A DNA stretch of 64,000 bases from Dudresnaya verticillata (GCA_977862235.1 OZ374557.1:1922001-1986000), one strand, 5' to 3'; counted from the first letter of the stretch, positions 34,407 through 45,422 are shown. Notes: generated by a model not told the origin, from the letters alone. Made by a program: numbers and translations.

Positions 34407-36708
34407 TCAAGACTCTTTCGTCGCAGACGAACCGGCTGGCACATCCTCGACGCCTTCGGCGGACTCGCGCAACGCCTCTTCGTAGAGGTCGTCCTCCGTC
34501 GTCGACGGTACACTCACGGCAGGAGCCGGGGCGGACCGCAAAGGCCTTGCCACCGCAACTGCCGGAGTGGCTGCAACAGGCGCCGCAGGCGAAAGGGGCG
34601 ACTTATCAATCGCCTTCGGCGTCGTCGCGACGATATCCGCCAAAGGCGATGAAGCAATAACACCCGCCACAGGCGCAGCGCTCAAGCTATCGTCCGCCTT
34701 AGGCGTGGGCACAGCCCCATCCGCTTTAAGCGTAGTCAACGACTCGTCAACCACCTTTGGCGTCAGTTCAGAAACTGTCTTGATGGGCGTCGCCTCTTCA
34801 CTCGCCTTCGGCGTTGTTAATCCGACACCCGTCAATGACGCAGGAGCACCTAGCCCCTTTGGAACCGTCAACGACGCTATAGCGGCATTCGCCTCGCTCG
34901 CCGCAGGCGGTACAGGCATACTAACGTCTTTAGACGCCGGACCATTCGCCTTAGGCGACGAAGGCTTCTCTGCCACACCTTCCTTCGACGCAGAACCTAC
35001 GACACTAGTCGACTTTGGCGCGGCCCACCCTGAGGTGGGACCGCAGCCGACAACGATTGGCTCATCCACTCAGTGGGTGAGCCGCTCAGACCGCTAGTAG
35101 CGACGCCTGCCGCCTGCAATAACTCAAGCACGGTGCGGCGCTGCTCTTCAGTCCAAGCTGGCACCGCAGCTGAACCCCCCGAACCATCTACGACGTTGGA
35201 TACCCCGCCTTGAGGCGTCACGGTCGGCGGAGCCGACTCCAACATTGGCGTCGCCATAACGGCATCGCCATCATCGTCAGCGACGGGAGCCGCAAGGTCA
35301 AGAGGCGCAACAGCTGGCAGTCCAGCTGGCACCCCATCGCCACCGGCAGCACCTCCGGGCAAAGCCGAAGACGCGGGCGCAGGCTCGGCAGTCGACTCAA
35401 CCGCCATAGGCGTAGCGATATCCGTCCCAGACGGGTTCTCCGGTCCGCCATCGGCGTTAAACGCATCCTCCTCGGCCATTAAGGCACGCAAATGCGGAGG
35501 ATAATCACCGACAAAGTCGCAGCTCTTACGCAAACCACGCGGGTGATTACCCGGGGTGAAGCGGTCTGTTTTGCGATGGCGCTCCGCAACGTTCTTCGTC
35601 GTACGACGTTTAGTCCATGGATTATAATGGACCCAATCGCCACAGGCGGAGTGAGTCCGACTCATCGCGAATCGCGGACAGTTCGCCTTACGGCGGTTGT
35701 TTGCATACGGCACCATTGCCGGGTCGTTCCAATCGATCTCATCCGCCACAGCGCGTAGGTTCCAGAACTCCTCGGCGTTCCGGGACCGCCAAATATTTCG
35801 ACTAAGTCGAGGCTGCCAAGCTGAGCCACCACACGCGGGGGTAAGTGGTACATACGGAAGGTGTCATACACCTCCCATAGCCACGCATACGCCACGTTGG
35901 CAACCCACTCCGTGTAAAACACGATCCAGTACCTGGAATATGGGTCGGTTATCAGCTCGGAACCGAGATACGTGACACACGGAGGAAGCTCTACGGAGAA
36001 ACCCTCGCATATCTTAAACTCGCGCCACACCAGCGGTACCTTCAGGAAACAAAACGGTAACTTACTACGCTCAATGCGATCAACCTGTATGTCCTGGTAA
36101 GGCACGAATACGCCCTTTCGGCGACGCGTCTCGCACTCCCACCGGATACAACGCTCCCAAAATAACGTACCCGTACGATGCAAGTAACGAAAATCCGCTT
36201 TCAAGAGTACGCCTAATAGGTAGGCCTCTCCCAACACACGGGGCTCAATTGATACGCTCATATGTTTGAGCGATAGCGTCCCGAGACGATCACCATACTC
36301 GGCTTCGCCGGCTGTGCGGTACTGTCCCGCATCATAATTGAACAGGGGCGGCGTTAACGTCGACCCCGGATAACGCGTGAAGCGACGATACACGTCTGAG
36401 ACGAACTGCGCGTGGACATCCGCACGCGACTGCCCCGCTCGCACCCACAGCCATTCGGCAGGCACGGCACAGCGCAACTTCCATTCCAACGTCGAGAAGA
36501 CGCCGAGGGGCAGATCCCCCGGTAAGAAACCGCTAGCAGCGTAATGGGCGACCAATTCTTCCTCGCGCAAGGCCTCCTGGTCAAACCAGGGGGCCCGCGC
36601 GAAGAAATGCGCGTGATCGCGAGGGTTCTTTCCGACGAAGTCGACCGGCGAAGCGTACACCGGCGCGGCCGAGGGCGCCGCCACTTGCATGCCATTGAAC
36701 ATAGGCAT
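34407..36708 (-). CDS. Antisense extra ORF of element C (348-aa core plus frameshifted 250-aa and 220-aa segments), unknown function
   Basis: Overlapping minus-strand ORFs 35662-36708, 34997-35749 and 34407-35069. The core is homologous to the B antisense ORF and to 63767-64000. Confidence 0.72.
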
Positions 36709-37205
36709 GACGTCAACGACGCGAATACGTTAACGCCAGCGGCGATGTCTCTACAAACGTCAAAGACGGCTCGTGTTCTGCGCCACTGGCGAAAGCTTCA
36801 AGAAGCGTGCGTCGAAGACGATGCCTGTTGTAACGCCTTAGGCGGCGAAAAGAAACTCACGTCAATGACGTTCAACTGCTGCGCCACAGGCGATGCCAAA
36901 GGCAAACGACGTCGATGACGGTTAAGTTGCGACGCCCCAGTCGAGGGATATACAATAGACGTCAGCGACGGAGAACGTTGCGCGCCACGGGCGGTGATGT
37001 CGGGGCAGCGCCAACGCAGTCGCACGAACACAAAAACGCAACATGAGCGGAGTCTTACGGCGCAGCCGAGGTCGCACCGCGCACGTGGGCGCACCAACAC
37101 AATACGCGAAGGCGCGGGGACTCGCTCGCAAGGCGCGAGAGTGGACAGGAACGCAACGGGAGCGCGCACGGCAGCTGGTTGATGGTCGGGTCGTGTTCGC
37201 GTTTT

Positions 37206-37214
37206 GGAGGGGGG
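37206..37214 (+). promoter_or_regulatory. Polypurine tract of element C
   Basis: GGAGGGGGG, 3 nt before the 3' LTR. Confidence 0.85.
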
Positions 37215-37217
37215 TCG

Positions 37218-38112
37218 TGTGGTGCAAGGGGAGGCGAGCCCTTTTTCGCTGAAAGCGGGCAGACCAAATACGTCGACCGACGGAGAAACCGCCACCGGCG
37301 CTCACCACCGCCGTTGGCGCGCGAACACGTCATCGACGGCTTACTGGGGCACGCGCGCGCACTGCGCGCCACGCGGGCACTGTACGGTGATGGGCCGACA
37401 TGGCGCCCCGGGGCACTGTAACACGGATCCGGATGGGATCCGGATCCGGCATCTAGATTGGCTATCTGGATCGCCTAAGCTGTAAGATACGCGCCTGTAA
37501 GGCTGCGGGTGCTCGCATTGCTGGCCCGATCCGGATAGGATCGGGATCGGACAAGTACCGGATTAGATCCAAGGCACACGCTCTACAGTGCGCGCGCACG
37601 CACGGCTGTAAGACACACGCGTCCACGTGTACGTGTAAGCACCCACACAGGGGGTCGTACGGTAATCTGTCAGGCGCGCGGCTGCATGCAACGCGTGATC
37701 TGTCAGACGCGCCTCGGGACGACGCGTGTCCCGAGTTCCCGCGCTACGCGCACGCACCGCCGCCGCCGCACCACCGTACTATACTTAGGTAAGCCGTCCC
37801 AGACGTAACAGTAAACGCCCGGGCAAGCCGGCCTTGGTCCAGACTTCCCCGTTCCGCACGCGCGCATTCTACCGCTGCCTACGGCTCAAGCGTCTACCTC
37901 CCGTGCTTCCACGTCTACCATCGTCCTTGACGTGTTCCCTTTCTCTTCCTTTTCCCTTCCTTTCCGCCTCGGGCGTTTACAGTCCGCCCAAGGCGTGCCC
38001 CTTTGCTCTACCAACAAGTCGCCCACGGCGGGACCACACACCGCCAAGGGCGCAGCTACCCACCGAGCCCCGAACTGCTCGGCGGTCCATCGTCACCGAC
38101 GTTTGCACCACA
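37218..38112 (+). repeat. 3' LTR of element C
   Basis: Direct repeat of 24901-25801 (6 bp shorter net). Confidence 0.96.
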
Positions 38113-38654
38113 CAGTCACAGGCGGCGAAGCAAGTCAAAGGATTCTCCCCCGTTGGGGGATTTGTGCGGTGAGATGAAGACGGTCGCGAGCGCAGTCGAG
38201 GAAATGGTCAACAACGACGCAATGAGCATGCGTGTATCCGGGATATCCACTGATATCCAAGAAGAGGAGGACCTGGAAAAGCTGCTTGACATGGTTGTTA
38301 AAGCGGAAGACAGGCTCGCAAAGATGAGGGAGAGGTCTTCATCCGCACTTCAGAATCAGCTCGTCGCACTCGCTAACGAACGCTATGAGCGCGTACTGCA
38401 GAAGTACATGAAGCGCTCAGCTGTTCCAGAAGTCCCTGCTGCTGCAATGTCGCAACAGCAGTGACACTGACTCATAGTACTAGACTACTTCTATGTTTGT
38501 GTTTGTTTGTTTTTGTCTACTTTGCGTTCTTCTACAGATTTGATCTACAAGAGAAGCTGAGCGCGGCGTCGCTGCATGCATAGCAGACGCCGGGTGGTGG
38601 TGGGATAAGCTCGCGGCAGCGTGCCGTGAGCTCGCTCGACTTTCTCAGTCCCCT

Positions 38655-39740
38655 TTACTGTGGCAAGATATTGTAAGAAAGAAGTATACCGCTGCTAAAA
38701 AGGTTCGTTCTCAACTGCACACACGTTCGTTGCACTTCTCGCGCGCGTAGCACTCGCGCTTTTTGTCCATCGCGCGGCGGCACCACTATGTGTTTGTTTC
38801 TCCTATTTATCTTCTCCTGCGACACCTTGATGCCATGCTTGCGAGACTGGAGGTGCTTGCTCCAGGGGTCGGGGCCGGTACACACGAAGTTGCACAAGTG
38901 GCATTGAAACGTCTCAAACCCTGGCTCCACCAGCGAGGGCAGCAGCCCTATGTTACGAAGCTTCCGACGCTGGCGAGCCAATCGCTTTCTAATGAAGGGA
39001 AGTGTACCCTCCGGAGCATACCAGGAAGCTGAAGAGTGCATCGCCATATCTATGGCGTCTGCAATCGCTGTGTCTTCACCGTCGACGGCGTTGGCAACGA
39101 TTGCATGACCCTCGCTACTTCCATTTTCATTTGTAACTAAAAGCGGCTCCTGCTTCTCCACATCCGTTTCCAATCGCAGCTCTCTCTTGCCGTGATGCTC
39201 CTCCTCCTTCAATACCGCCTTCCCCTCACACATCGCGATCGCGCCGCGCTCCTCAACAGGGGCGACGGCAATTGCCGCTTTAAGGCGGAAGCTTCCGGGC
39301 CTTCCATCGGGCTGCGTGAGCGGTGGCGCGACTGTCCCGTGCGATGGCACAGCTTGCGCGGGCGATCGCCTGAAGATCGCCATCGATGGCGCAGCTTTCG
39401 CGGGATATGGTGTAGCTTGCGCGGGAAATGGTGTAGCTTGCGCGGGCGATGGCGCAGCTGCGGCTTGAGAGGGCGGTGGGGCAGCTTGCGAGGGCGGGGG
39501 CGCAGCTTGCGCGGGCGATGGCGCAGATGCAGCTTGAGAGGGCGGTGGGGCAGCTTGCGAGGGCGGGGGCGCAGCTTGCGCGGGAGATGGCGCAGCTTGC
39601 GCAGCTTGCCGCTCCGGAGCATCGGCAAACCGTGACTTTCGTCTGCGCCCCATCTTGCTTGGCGCGTCGGAAAATCGCGATGGGCGCTTGTGGCGCCTTT
39701 GACCTGGAGATGGGTCGTTAGATTCCATGGCAGAAGGCAT
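38655..39740 (-). CDS. Harbinger-borne ORF with Pro/Ala/Gln tandem repeats and a U1/matrin-type C2H2 zinc finger (361 aa)
   Basis: ATG-initiated ORF containing FQCHLCNFVCTGPDPWSKHLQSRKH (CX2CX12HX5H) and repeats of the type SPAQAAPPPSQAA. Confidence 0.62.
   Translation of the reverse strand: MPSAMESNDPSPGQRRHKRPSRFSDAPSKMGRRRKSRFADAPERQAAQAAPSPAQAAPPPSQAAPPPSQAASAPSPAQAAPPPSQAAPPPSQAAAAPSPAQATPFPAQATPYPAKAAPSMAIFRRSPAQAVPSHGTVAPPLTQPDGRPGSFRLKAAIAVAPVEERGAIAMCEGKAVLKEEEHHGKRELRLETDVEKQEPLLVTNENGSSEGHAIVANAVDGEDTAIADAIDMAMHSSASWYAPEGTLPFIRKRLARQRRKLRNIGLLPSLVEPGFETFQCHLCNFVCTGPDPWSKHLQSRKHGIKVSQEKINRRNKHIVVPPRDGQKARVLRAREVQRTCVQLRTNLFSSGILLSYNILPQ
39340..39610. repeat. Coding minisatellite (about 21-27-bp units, GCAGCTTGCGCGGGCGATGGC-like; a 69-bp block is duplicated)
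   Basis: Visible directly in the sequence. Encodes PSPAQAA/PPSQAA repeats. Confidence 0.85.
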
Positions 39741-40102
39741 CGAAGGCGCGTCTTCGCAACGCGTTGCCTGGACAAAGCGGTCCGCGGGATTGTCTGTCCG
39801 GTAATTTCGGACTTAGCGGATTTCATGCAAGATCATTGCATGCCAATAGCGGCACCATTCTCTAATGCATTTTAATCAAAATAGTACCTCCGAATTAAAA
39901 AAGTTACCTAACGTAAGAGCCACGGCCACCAATGCATCGTGACGCAATCACGGCCGGGGAGATAAAGATCTCTATCTTCATCTTCGAAGATGCTTTAACG
40001 ATTGCACTTTTAGCTTTTACTGATGGGCGTGCCTGGATGCTGCAGCCTCCGGCATGCTAGCAGCTAACGCGTATACCCGTACGGGACGTCCTTGTGGAAC
40101 AG

Positions 40103-41866
40103 TCATGCCGACGAACGCCCGGCCCAGGCCGCCATGCCATGGGTCTTCTTCGCGGAGGGCCAATCGTCGCCGTGGGTCTTCTTCGCGGAGGCCCAATCGT
40201 CGCGACGATCAGGCGCGCCTGATGGGCGCGCCCTGCCATCCGAGCGCCCTGTCCTTCTTCGCCATGCACGACATGCCTGCCCAAGCAAATTCACAACATC
40301 TTCACGCTTATTCCTCTCAGCCTTGAGTGCTGCCGAGAGCCTGGCGTTCTCGCCCTCTAACTCTTCGATAGCTTCCGTCCGTGCATTCTCTTGTAGAGCA
40401 ACCTGTCTTGGAGAGCTGTTCGCCTCCTCATTGACCTTTCTCAATGCTTCAATTTCTTCGCGCGCAGTCTTCAATTCTTCCTGCAGCGATTCCGAGCGCT
40501 GAGTTGCGTTAGCAGTCACCACCTCAACAGATTCCCGCTCCTTTGACTGGGCTTCTTCCAACTCTCTCAATTGGGCTTCCACATCTTCTTTTGCACCTCG
40601 CAGCTCATCAAGCTGCTTCTGATGACTTTCCTCGACGGTTCCGACCTCTGTTTCGCGCTCCTTGGCAACAGTTGTATCACTCTGCTCAAGGGCCGACTTC
40701 TCGCTCTCAACAGTTTGAAGCTTGTCTTCAGCCGTCTTCACAGCAGCTTCCAAATCTTGGGCAGCCTTTCCAGACTCTTGTGCAGCAACCTGAGCCTTTT
40801 CGTCATACTCTTGCTGCAAAGAGGCAAGATCTTGCTCGTCCCTGGCCTGTTCTTCCTCCTTGATTTGTTTACGCACATTCGCAATCTCAAGGGCGTGCGC
40901 ATTTCGCAAATTTGCAGTCTCGCGCTCCAGGGCGGCTTCTCCTGCGCTTACAGACTCTTGCAACGCCTTTTGCGCTTCTTCTTCGTGCATCTTCTTTAAA
41001 CGTTCTATTTATTCATTCGCAGCGCTCTTGGCCTGCTCAGCGGCCTCCGCCCTAGCCTGCCGAATGTCTTCAGCGTGAGCTATATCCAATTCCCTCACGG
41101 CCGCATCCCTCTTCGACAGCTCCGCTGACCTCTCGCGAACCAGCTTGTCCCTTTCCGCCAACTGGGTTTTTAACTTTTCAAGCACATCTTCCAAGGCCTG
41201 AACGCGCTGGGACTTCTCCTCCGAGCTTTTCTGAGTGGCGACCAAGGTCCCCTGAGCCGACTCCCATTCTTCACGTAGCTCAGCCATGGTGCGTTCCTTG
41301 ACCTCCAAAAGCTGGGAATTGCGCGAGTGTATCTCCTTCTTCTCGGTTCGCTCAAGTTCCAGTATCTGCTGAAGTTGGTCACACTCTTTCTCCAGACGTT
41401 TGTAGTCGGCCTCGTGGGTGGTGGCAGCTCCCGTGGGGCGGTCGCGGGTGGGGTCGGAGGGCCCCTCTGATTCTGGGAGCTTGCTGCGTAGCTCAGAGTG
41501 CTCCTCGCGCAGGTTGTTGTACCAGGCGGCAAGCTGGTTGTAGGCCTGTTTAATCTTGGCAGCATGGGCGACATGGGCCGAGACTTTGCGCTCGGCCTCT
41601 GCACGCTCGCGGTCTGCAACGACAAGCTGCTTCTCTAGGGACGCGATGCGGACATTGGAGGCTGCGAGATCGGCAGCCGGGACGGCGGTTTCGGCGTGAC
41701 GGGTGGTCTGTTGAACGGAGTCATCGAGGCGGTCCGTGGCGCGTTCGAGGCGCTCGAGACGCCCCTCGCGCTCGCGGACATCCGCACGTAGGCGCTCGAG
41801 CTCGAGCGCGGGGCGCGAGCGGGGGCAGGAATATCCGGCGGTGCGACGTACGGGGCGAGATGGTTT
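40103..41866 (-). pseudogene. Long coiled-coil protein fragment inside the Harbinger element
   Basis: One frame is open from 41866 (...LELERLRADVREREGRLERL...) through ORF 41009-41308, a single TAA at 41009, then ORF 40103-40990. E/K/Q/A-rich heptads; no start codon at the 5' end. Confidence 0.7.
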
Positions 41867-42219
41867 TCACCGATGGCCTTGATGGCATCCCGCCCGCCCT
41901 GTACGCCCCAACCCCAATAAAGTCCCCGCGCGCGCTTGCCCGCATGCCGCGAGGTTAGTTTCTCGTTCTCACTAAACATAAATCACTTACCTTGTTAGAG
42001 CTGCTGTCCCACCTCCACCCGGTACCCATCTGCGGGTACCGCAGCAGTTTCTTTTCGCAAGAGAGCGCAAGACGAGCAGAAGAAAAAGGTTTGCAATAAA
42101 CAATTAGATTCGGTACTTGAGTGTAGAGCAATCGCCAACTTACCAGAATTCATCGCTCTTGCACACTTTGCGCACGATCGTGCGCAAGCACGATCGTGCG
42201 CTTTCGAAAGCGAATACCC

Positions 42220-43549
42220 CTAAGCCGATATAACATCAGGTCGCGCCAATCCCATATCCTTCACAATGTCCACCATTCGATCCCTCAATTTTGACAGAGT
42301 CGTACGACTTGTTCTAGCCGTTTCCAACCGCGACCCTGAGGCCTGTGTTCGGTTCGCAATAATTCCCCTCATCTCCTCAATATACTCCTTCGCTTTCACA
42401 TACCAGTCTTCGGATTGTGAAATAGCGCGAACCATTTCAGAGTAGTCAGTAGAGCGAGGGTTAGACGACCGTTCCTCCATTTCTTCGTCAATAACGAAGT
42501 TGTAAAGCTTCATTGCGAGGCATATGACTCTGCAGTCGACATCAACAGTAAACGCAAGCTTCTGTAGTAGCCTCCATTTAGCAACAAGCATCCCAAAAGC
42601 CTGTTTAACATGCACGCGAAGCGAAGAGTGCCAGAAGTTAAAAGAGTCGTGCCAAAAAGACGCCACAGCTGAAAAAATGGAGTTATGAGCCACTCCGTGC
42701 AGATATATGCCTCATCACCAGCTATCCAAAAGCCAAGCTGTAGAAGTCCAGACGCTAAGCATTGGCCGAGCTTAGAAACAGCGTGCGGAAGGGAGTCGTG
42801 TGTGCTTCCAACGCAAGTCGCAGAGAAAGATAAAAACCGATAGTTAGCATCTACAGTAGCCTGCACCGGAATCGCATAGTAGGCCTTCCTGCACCAGTAT
42901 GCCGCAGGGCTCAGATCGCTTTCCGGTTTCCTTATTTTCACCGCAATCCCGTCCAAGGCACCAATGCATCCAGTTAGCGGACTGGCCGGCTTTCGAGACA
43001 TTGTAAATGCTTCTGAAGCTTCACAAAGGGCATCAGGGCATCATAAGAAGAAGGTAGACCAGGTAGCTGTAAACGCTTGTTAAGACTAATGCAGGTAGAG
43101 TGGAAAACATCATAGACTGTGGATTTGTGGACCTGGAAGAGCGGTACTAAATCCAAATAGCTTGCACCTGACATCATGCGCAAAGTAATACCTAGGCGCA
43201 TTCAGGGGCTTATCGTCGTCCTCCTTGACCGTCTTCCCATCTCAACACTGCGCTGCAGATCGTGCTGCACGACTGCTAACAGCTTGTAGAAGCATCTTCT
43301 TGTCATACGGTAGGCACTGCGAAACATTTCATCACTGTAGAAAGAGGATATCGATTCGAACGTGATGTCAGGGCGTAAAGGATACGGAACGGTGATGTTG
43401 CGTCTGCCCTTCTTGAAGGCCCGAGTGTTTCCCAAGTGTTTGACAACCTTGGCACAAATCGAAAGGACGCTGACTGCGACAAAAATGCGCCTCAAACGTT
43501 TGCTGCGCGCATTTGCATACAGTTCACGCGGAGTTCCCGAGGGGTTCAT
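42220..43549 (-). pseudogene. PIF/Harbinger DDE transposase (HARBI1-like), inactivated
   Basis: YRMTRRCFYKL, HTH-like LRMMSGASY...VHKSTV, CIGALDG, YWCRK, VQATVD, GSTHDS, GDEAY, FNFWHSSLRVHVKQAFG (catalytic E read as K). One stop and two frameshifts. Confidence 0.93.
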
Positions 43550-44019
43550 AGAGACAGGAGGTAGATAAAGTTAGTGAAAGCCGTAGGAGAAACCGTAGAC
43601 GCTTTCCGCGCGGCGCGAGTCTAGGTTCGGCAAAAGAAGGAAGATGGGGACGCTGGTCGTCCCCCTTGTTTTCTCCATGGCCGTCGCGTGCTGTGGCTGC
43701 ACATTTTGCGCTGTTTGCAGCGCGTGGTGCTGCTGATGGATCAAGAGCGGCGGTGGCATTTCGGATGCCTGTGCAGAGCGAACGGGGTTCGCAATCGTTG
43801 CGAGGGCGCCAACGAGGGTTTACAGAGATGGGTCGGTGAGCGGCGGAGGGGGGTTCGTGAAAATAATCTCGCGCCGAAGGGGCGCCGACAGCACAGAAAT
43901 ACGAATCCGGATTAGCACGGTGGGCGGCTTTTCAATACCTGCGCATTACAGCAGCGGAGCGCCGTGGCACTAGAGGGTTTTTTGCAACACTCAACATAAG
44001 ACGGGGGAGGGGGGGCGGG

Positions 44020-44049
44020 GCGCAAAAAGCTGGCTGTTCCGACAGGCCC
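44020..44049 (-). repeat. Right TIR of the Harbinger element
   Basis: Reverse complement of 22330-22359, followed by the TSD TGA. Confidence 0.92.
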
Positions 44050-44218
44050 TGAAACGATGATTCTTTTACGTGCGGACGGTGTGCGGGCCACCTCTAGATA
44101 AGCTAGAGTGCCCTGTCAGCGCGGCGCACAAAATTAACAACTAAACAACAATTATGCAAAAGAAAAGTGCAGACGGCTAGACGCCCCGGCGGGACTCGAA
44201 CTGACGGCACGGCTTGGG

Positions 44219-44380
44219 CAGGGGGAAGACACCCCAACTCCCCCCGCGCCTTCGACCCCTCCGCCCATGTGAGCCACGATGTCTTCTGTTTTCCGGGTGC
44301 AGGGGGAAGACACCCCAACTCCCCCCGCGCTTTCGACCCCTCCGCCCATGTGAGCCACGATGTCTTCTGTTTTCCGGGTG
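44219..44380. repeat. 81-bp tandem duplication (2 copies)
   Basis: CAGGGGGAAGACACCCCAAC...TTTTCCGGGTG occurs twice with 1 mismatch. Confidence 0.9.
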
Positions 44381-45422
44381 TACCGGATCAGAATGTTTGT
44401 GGTTATTTAAACCAGGCATGTTCCCGCCATGATCATCCAGCACCGAAGCAGCGCGCGCGGAAAGAGAATCAGAACAAATCAACCATAGAAAGAAAGAGGC
44501 ATGTGTCGAAGACAGGCGGGCGGGCGGGAGAAAGAGAGAGGCATACCCAGGTCTCCTGGGTGGTGTGCCACCTCTGCCCCCAAATACGGAATGTGGCCGA
44601 GTGCCGAGCGCGACGGCGGCGGGTGATACAATCACATACCGATCCGGATCCCATCATACGCGTCGTGAAAAGCCAATCGTGGCATTGCCAACCTCGCTAT
44701 CCAATCCAATGTGTTTCATCCGCATAAATATCCTGTCTACACCAGACGAAGTTCACAGTTTTTTCTGTTGCTCGCAGCTGTATATTCTGCAGTTGCAAGC
44801 GTGTGCGGCTATGCTCAAACAATGAACAGCGCCGGTAGGGGTACTGTAGCATGTGATGCCTGGCAAGGTTTATACTGTATCACTCCGTCACTTTCCCTGA
44901 GGCTTTCTACGGTGCTTTTGCAAATGCTTGCGTGCCCTTGCAAATGCTTGCACAACAAAAAAAGAGAAGGTTGCATATGGGGGTGACAGGGTCCACTTTT
45001 ATGGCAAACTGTCGCGTTGAGCCCTCTTCACGGCAGTGACGCAACCGTCACTGCACGATAACTTACAGTGGACCGCCGACGCCGTCGTCCGACCGCCGCG
45101 CGCCCAAGCCGAAGCCTACTTCAAGCACCCCAGGCGCGCCCGGCTGGACCGCACAGGCACGACGAAGAAGAGAGGTATCGTAGCGTAGAAGCGAGCCCGC
45201 TACATCAGCTGTGGAGGACTTCCACAACCCCTCTCTACTAGCCGTAAACGCCCGCTCCGCTCGCTCCATTCGGTCCGCTCCCACGTCTCCACCGACCCTT
45301 CGCCCCGTCATCGCGCACGGTCCTCGCGCACGGTCCTCGCAGGAGTTCGTTGCAGACTCTCCTGACTGCGCGTGTGCGTGTCTACCGCTGACCAGACGAC
45401 AATTCGGGTTCCTGGACGCTAG

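Larger units (their letters stand above)
24901..38114 (+). mobile_element. Full-length chromodomain-bearing Ty3/Gypsy element C (13.2 kb), TSD GTCAC
   Basis: LTRs at 24901-25801 and 37218-38112 (followed by an extra CA), PBS, gag, pol, antisense ORFs and PPT. GTCAC at 24896-24900 and 38115-38119. Confidence 0.96.
22797..38464 (+). pseudogene. Harbinger accessory (SAP-like + Myb/SANT-like) ORF split in three: 22797-23242, 24150-24900, 38120-38464 (about 513 codons, internal TGA at 24439)
   Basis: Removing both LTR insertions and one copy of each TSD restores a single frame (AEQ-C-DELQ; EDRH-RRRSK). SAP-like LTKHDLRSIARLWNRKISGAKKILVYRL; Myb-like DDFWATIAGRFND. Confidence 0.8.
22330..44049. 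mobile_element. PIF/Harbinger DNA transposon (about 7.6 kb once the nested LTR insertions are removed)
   Basis: 30-bp TIRs GGGCCTGTCGGAACAGC(G/C)AGCTTTTTGCGC (29/30), a 3-bp TSD TGA (22327-22329 and 44050-44052), an internal Harbinger-type DDE transposase and a Myb-like partner ORF. Confidence 0.92.

Noticed and set aside
41170..41979. Pro/Ser-rich ORFs 41170-41625 and 41635-41979
   Set aside because: They are alternative-frame shadows of the coiled-coil coding frame.
44060..44130. CTAG motifs with nearby GC-rich stems as a Helitron 3' end
   Set aside because: The hairpin is imperfect, and there is no 5' TC end or Rep/helicase sequence.
44181..44205. tRNA-like T-loop/B-box on the minus strand (GTTCGAGTCCCGCCGGGGCG)
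   Set aside because: No matching 5' T-stem, anticodon arm or A-box could be built, so it is not called as a tRNA or SINE.
44219..44380. 81-bp repeat (and the 39340-39610 repeats) as a possible CRISPR-like array
   Set aside because: These are head-to-tail tandem copies without unique spacers, there are no cas genes, and the context is eukaryotic.
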